Below are positions 60,220-64,000 of a DNA stretch of 64,000 nucleotides, one piece after another; position 1 is the stretch's first letter; the number at the start of each line of letters is the position of its first letter. This DNA comes from the human T2T-CHM13v2.0 reference genome, Homo sapiens. The stretch lies in assembly GCF_009914755.1 (NCBI RefSeq), contig NC_060928.1; one strand, 5' to 3'. Made by a program: the position numbers and the translations under genes. The notes beneath the pieces are model-generated. The model did not search any database. It saw only the letters and a list, made by a program, of their open reading frames with translations, and was not told the origin of the DNA.

Positions 60220-62049
60220 TAATGTTGAGTAAGACATCATTATGGTGTCTGCATTCCATTGGATAACTTTAAGTCAACAATTCTTTTTAAAGATGTCAAA
60301 TGTTTATAATATACACAGACATGGCATCTTTTCCCACTATTTAATTTTTTTGATAATATTTTTTAGATACCAACATAAAATGTGCAAGGAGATATGTATT
60401 TTTTAAGTCTTTTAGGGATATGCTAGCAAAAATTTTAAAGAGCACTTCACAAAGGCATGAGAGGATAGTGGTTCTGTTACCAAGCAAGAAATTCTACCAG
60501 GGGAGAATGAGGAAGGCTGAGAACTGGGAAGACTAAAGAACAGGGTAATAGGAGTGGGAGTTGGAGGTCAGTGAATGGAACTCTCCAAATATGTCTCCTG
60601 GATGCCTCTGCAGTTGTGTTTATGCTGCACTTTCACAGAAGCCCAGTGAGATTTTGCCAAAAGACACTCAAGTCTCAAGGCCAAAAGCCTAGAGATAGGA
60701 CCCAGCTGTGCCATTCACTGAGTCTATGCTCTTCAGCAAGTCACATAAAATCACTCAACCTTATTTTTCTACTTCTACAACAAGAAAAGTAATATCTGTC
60801 CTAACTTCCTCATAAGGTTCTTGTGAGGTTTGAAAAGGATACTATATGTCAAAGCACTTTTGATGACTTCTGTATAACTCTGAGCTGGTGTTATGGTGAT
60901 TTCTTCACATAGTAAATAATTTATTCTACAACATGTCCTTATTACTTTAAATAACTTACAAACTAAGATAAAAGTTTAGTAAACAGGGAAGAATGATATC
61001 TAGCATAAAATAAGAGATACTTAAAAATATTTTCAATGGATACATTTTCCATTAAATTCTGTCCTAAAGACACCATCTATTTATACATTTCCAGATGCTA
61101 GAACTCACAGTGTTCAGCATAACTGAACACTGTGGTTTGTTTCTTTCTCAGGCAATATGCTCTGGGGTGAGGATGCTGAGCAACAGTGTGATATAATTCT
61201 GTAAGGAACAATCTTCACATTGTGAGTCTTTATTCAACAATCAATGAAAGACCAACAAAAATAGGGTCATCCTACTTCAGCTGAAACGTGTTAGCAACTA
61301 GGAAAAAGGAGAAAGTTTATTCAGAAGACATGAACTTGAAGGTTTACATGCCACTCTGAAGACCATGCCCAATTGAAATCTTGCACTCAGAAATTCACTC
61401 ACTGGTAACTTTCTAATATTTGTCCTCGTAGGCTTGTTGAGACCCTGGGTCACCAACAAAGTACTCAATATTTTTGTAATTTTCCTTAATCTGAGCAGAT
61501 GGCATATGTCTGTTTCAACAAACTGAATAGTCCAAAAGATATCAACTCCCCCAATGCTCTTTCTTTGAGTCTCAAGTAATACAGAAACATGCCTGCATCT
61601 CTTCTAACCTAAAAACAAACCAACAACAAAATTAAGCCTGACACACCCACCCTCCCCAGCTATGCTTCAGACTTCTCTTTCCCTTAGTGGCTAAACTCCT
61701 TGAAAGAGTGAAATATTCCCAATCCCTCTCTATGCACCTGCTCATTCACTCTTCCATTTAGCCATGTCTGGATTCCTGATCCCCACTCTACTCAAACTTC
61801 ACTTTCAAAGGTGATCAGTGGCCTTTCTCGTTGCTAAATCCAAAGGCATCTTCTCTTCTCTATGGCAAACAGCTCCACTGTCCCTCTGAAAAGCCTCCCT
61901 CTGCTGTCTTTCCTGCCACTTGATTATCTGTTCTTTTGCAAACCTCTTTCACTGGTCCTTTTATAACATCCAGCATTTTCATATAGTCCTTCTCAAGGAT
62001 CTCCCTCTCTCTCATTTTCTCCTCCTTCTACTTTATATCATGGTCCTTT

Positions 62050-62200
62050 GTCCTGCATCAGAATCACCTGGGGAGCGCTTAAGCCATCCTGATGCCTGGG
62101 GCCCCACCTTCAATGGTTCTTATTTAATTGGGCAGACAAAGGGCCCAAGAATCAGTGTAAAAACTCCTCAGGTGACCTCAATGTGCAGCCAGGTTTGAGA
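62050..62200. mobile_element. MER5-family MITE
   Basis: gcatcagaatcacctgggg...ctcctcaggtga...gcagccaggtttgaga. Confidence 0.65.
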
Positions 62201-62794
62201 ATGAGATATGCACTGGTTGAGTGACTTTATTCACTCTCAAGGCTGACAACTCACAAATCGTTATCTTCAGTCCCAACTTTTCTTAAGCTCTATTCATACT
62301 TCCAATTACTTTTTAGATAATTCCATCTGGATGCTCAACAAATACAAAAAAAACATAATAAGTGCTGAATATGATGTGATCGATTCACACTGCAATAGGT
62401 GTGAATCCATCACAATATCTCCTCACATTGGCCTTCTCTCTATAAACTTTGTCCTCCAGTCTTATTCTTCTTCAATAATAAAATCATTAATGGATGCTGG
62501 AGTTGAATTTCTCTTTTCCATTCAAAAATTTCTAAAAATTTTCATTATTTATGAAGTGTGTATAAATAATAACACACAACACAATGAAATGTGCTTTCTC
62601 TACTTTTAGAAAATTGATGAGATGGATGTGACACTTTTTAAATGAATGACTTCTCCCCAAATACATATTTGCCTGGGGTTTATCTGATTAGCTTATGAAA
62701 ATTATCAAATGAGATCACACAGACAATTTGTGTCATTATAATGAACCAAATTTTGAAAACATACAGTCAAAAAAACTTTTTTTTGTTATAAGGA

Positions 62795-63000
62795 AAACAG
62801 TGCTTTGGAGTCAGGCAGAGTTGGCTTTGAATCCCAGCCCTCCCACTAATTGAGCTTGCAGCCTTGCGCAGGCTATAAGCTCCCAGAATCATAATCTTCA
62901 CCTGTACAAATGGAGGGTGCATCCCTCCTGGGGTTGTAGGGGGATTTAAATGAGATACGAAAAGAAAGCACCTGGAATTAGGAGACAGTCAATAAGTGTA
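62795..63000 (+). mobile_element. MIR (similar MIR cores at ~10985-11150, 23280-23470, 56180-56380, 57940-58110, 60690-60860)
   Basis: gctttggagtcaggcag...tttgaatcccagc...acctgtacaaatgg...aaatgagat MIR core. Confidence 0.65.
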
Positions 63001-64000
63001 ATTTAATTGCCTCTTCCCTAGAACTAACTTGACCCTACACAAAGCTATACCTACCTAAATGTATTTTAAACAATGATGATTCAGTGCCTCTTAGTGTCTC
63101 TATTAAGAAGTACATGTACATATCTTCAAATTCATAATACCAAATTAATAATATCTTCCAAAAAAACACCTGAAAGAAATCTGACTTTCAATTTACCACT
63201 GCACAGGACTATAGGTAGTGGTTTATGAGTCTTCATACATAAAACACTCCCAGTGAGGAAAGTGTCGTCTTATTTACAGCCTCAATCCCTGCTAGTGTAT
63301 GTACAGAAGAGATGTCATATCTCTAGCCTTTCTACATGGGGACCAATTCCAGCTCTTGCAGTAGAAGGAGAAAGTGTTTAGAAATCCCTCCAACAGTGAG
63401 GTCATTCAATTCTACTGACGCCTTCAGTCTGGTACAGTGTTCTCAAAATACTAACATGATTTTATTAACGAATATGAATGATTCCTAATTTGATTACAAT
63501 TTTTAGGACTAGAGCATATTGACAGTATATGGTATGTTCCCAGAAAAGGTGTATAAAACTGCCATCCCTACTTGTGTGCAGTGTGATTTAAGGAGCAACT
63601 TTTTATAGCTCCTAGACTCATGGTTTTATAGTTTCGCTGTTACTGCTATTTTATAATAGTCAGAACCATTGGCTGCCTAAGTCCTGTCAGGGAAAGAGAA
63701 GTTTTGTAGCAAAACAAGGAGATCATTTTTCAATGGCTCAGGCTTCCATAATTTCTTTTGAGTAGCAACTCCAGCATTCAGCAACCCTCACATTTCAAAA
63801 ATGCTCTGTTACCTCTTTCCTAAATACTTTATTCTTCAGTTTAAATTTTTATTTATTTACAGTATCAGCAAAGACAGAGAAATATGGATTAAATTTTCCA
63901 GTGGATTATCCATTTATAGCTGGTCACTAAATATGGGATAAGTTATAATCCAGTTTTATCTTGACTTTCCGTAGTCATTTTCTCACTTCCATTCACTCCC

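Overview
AT-rich primate, almost certainly human, genomic DNA (it carries a human-specific AluYb8) lying entirely inside the netrin-1 dependence receptor gene UNC5C on the minus strand. I resolved seven complete constitutive coding exons (Ig2 end, TSP1-1, TSP1-2, TM/juxtamembrane, ZU5; canonical exons ~5-11, numbering from memory) and the start of the next exon at the window edge. All have GT-AG boundaries and chain in frame. A 57-nt in-frame cassette exon missed by the ORF track (19264-19320) sits in a dense YCAY cluster. The introns hold 16 Alu/FRAM copies, a twin-primed inverted L1, an Alu-interrupted L1, DNA-transposon fossils, a solo MLT2A LTR with a locally templated 21-nt insertion, a 35-nt U2 snRNA retrofragment next to an exon acceptor and an EEF1A1 3' retrocopy. 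I see no evidence of a wholly new biological system; the interesting signals concern splicing/polyadenylation and retrotransposition/repair. Repeat family names come from recalled consensus sequences, not a database search.
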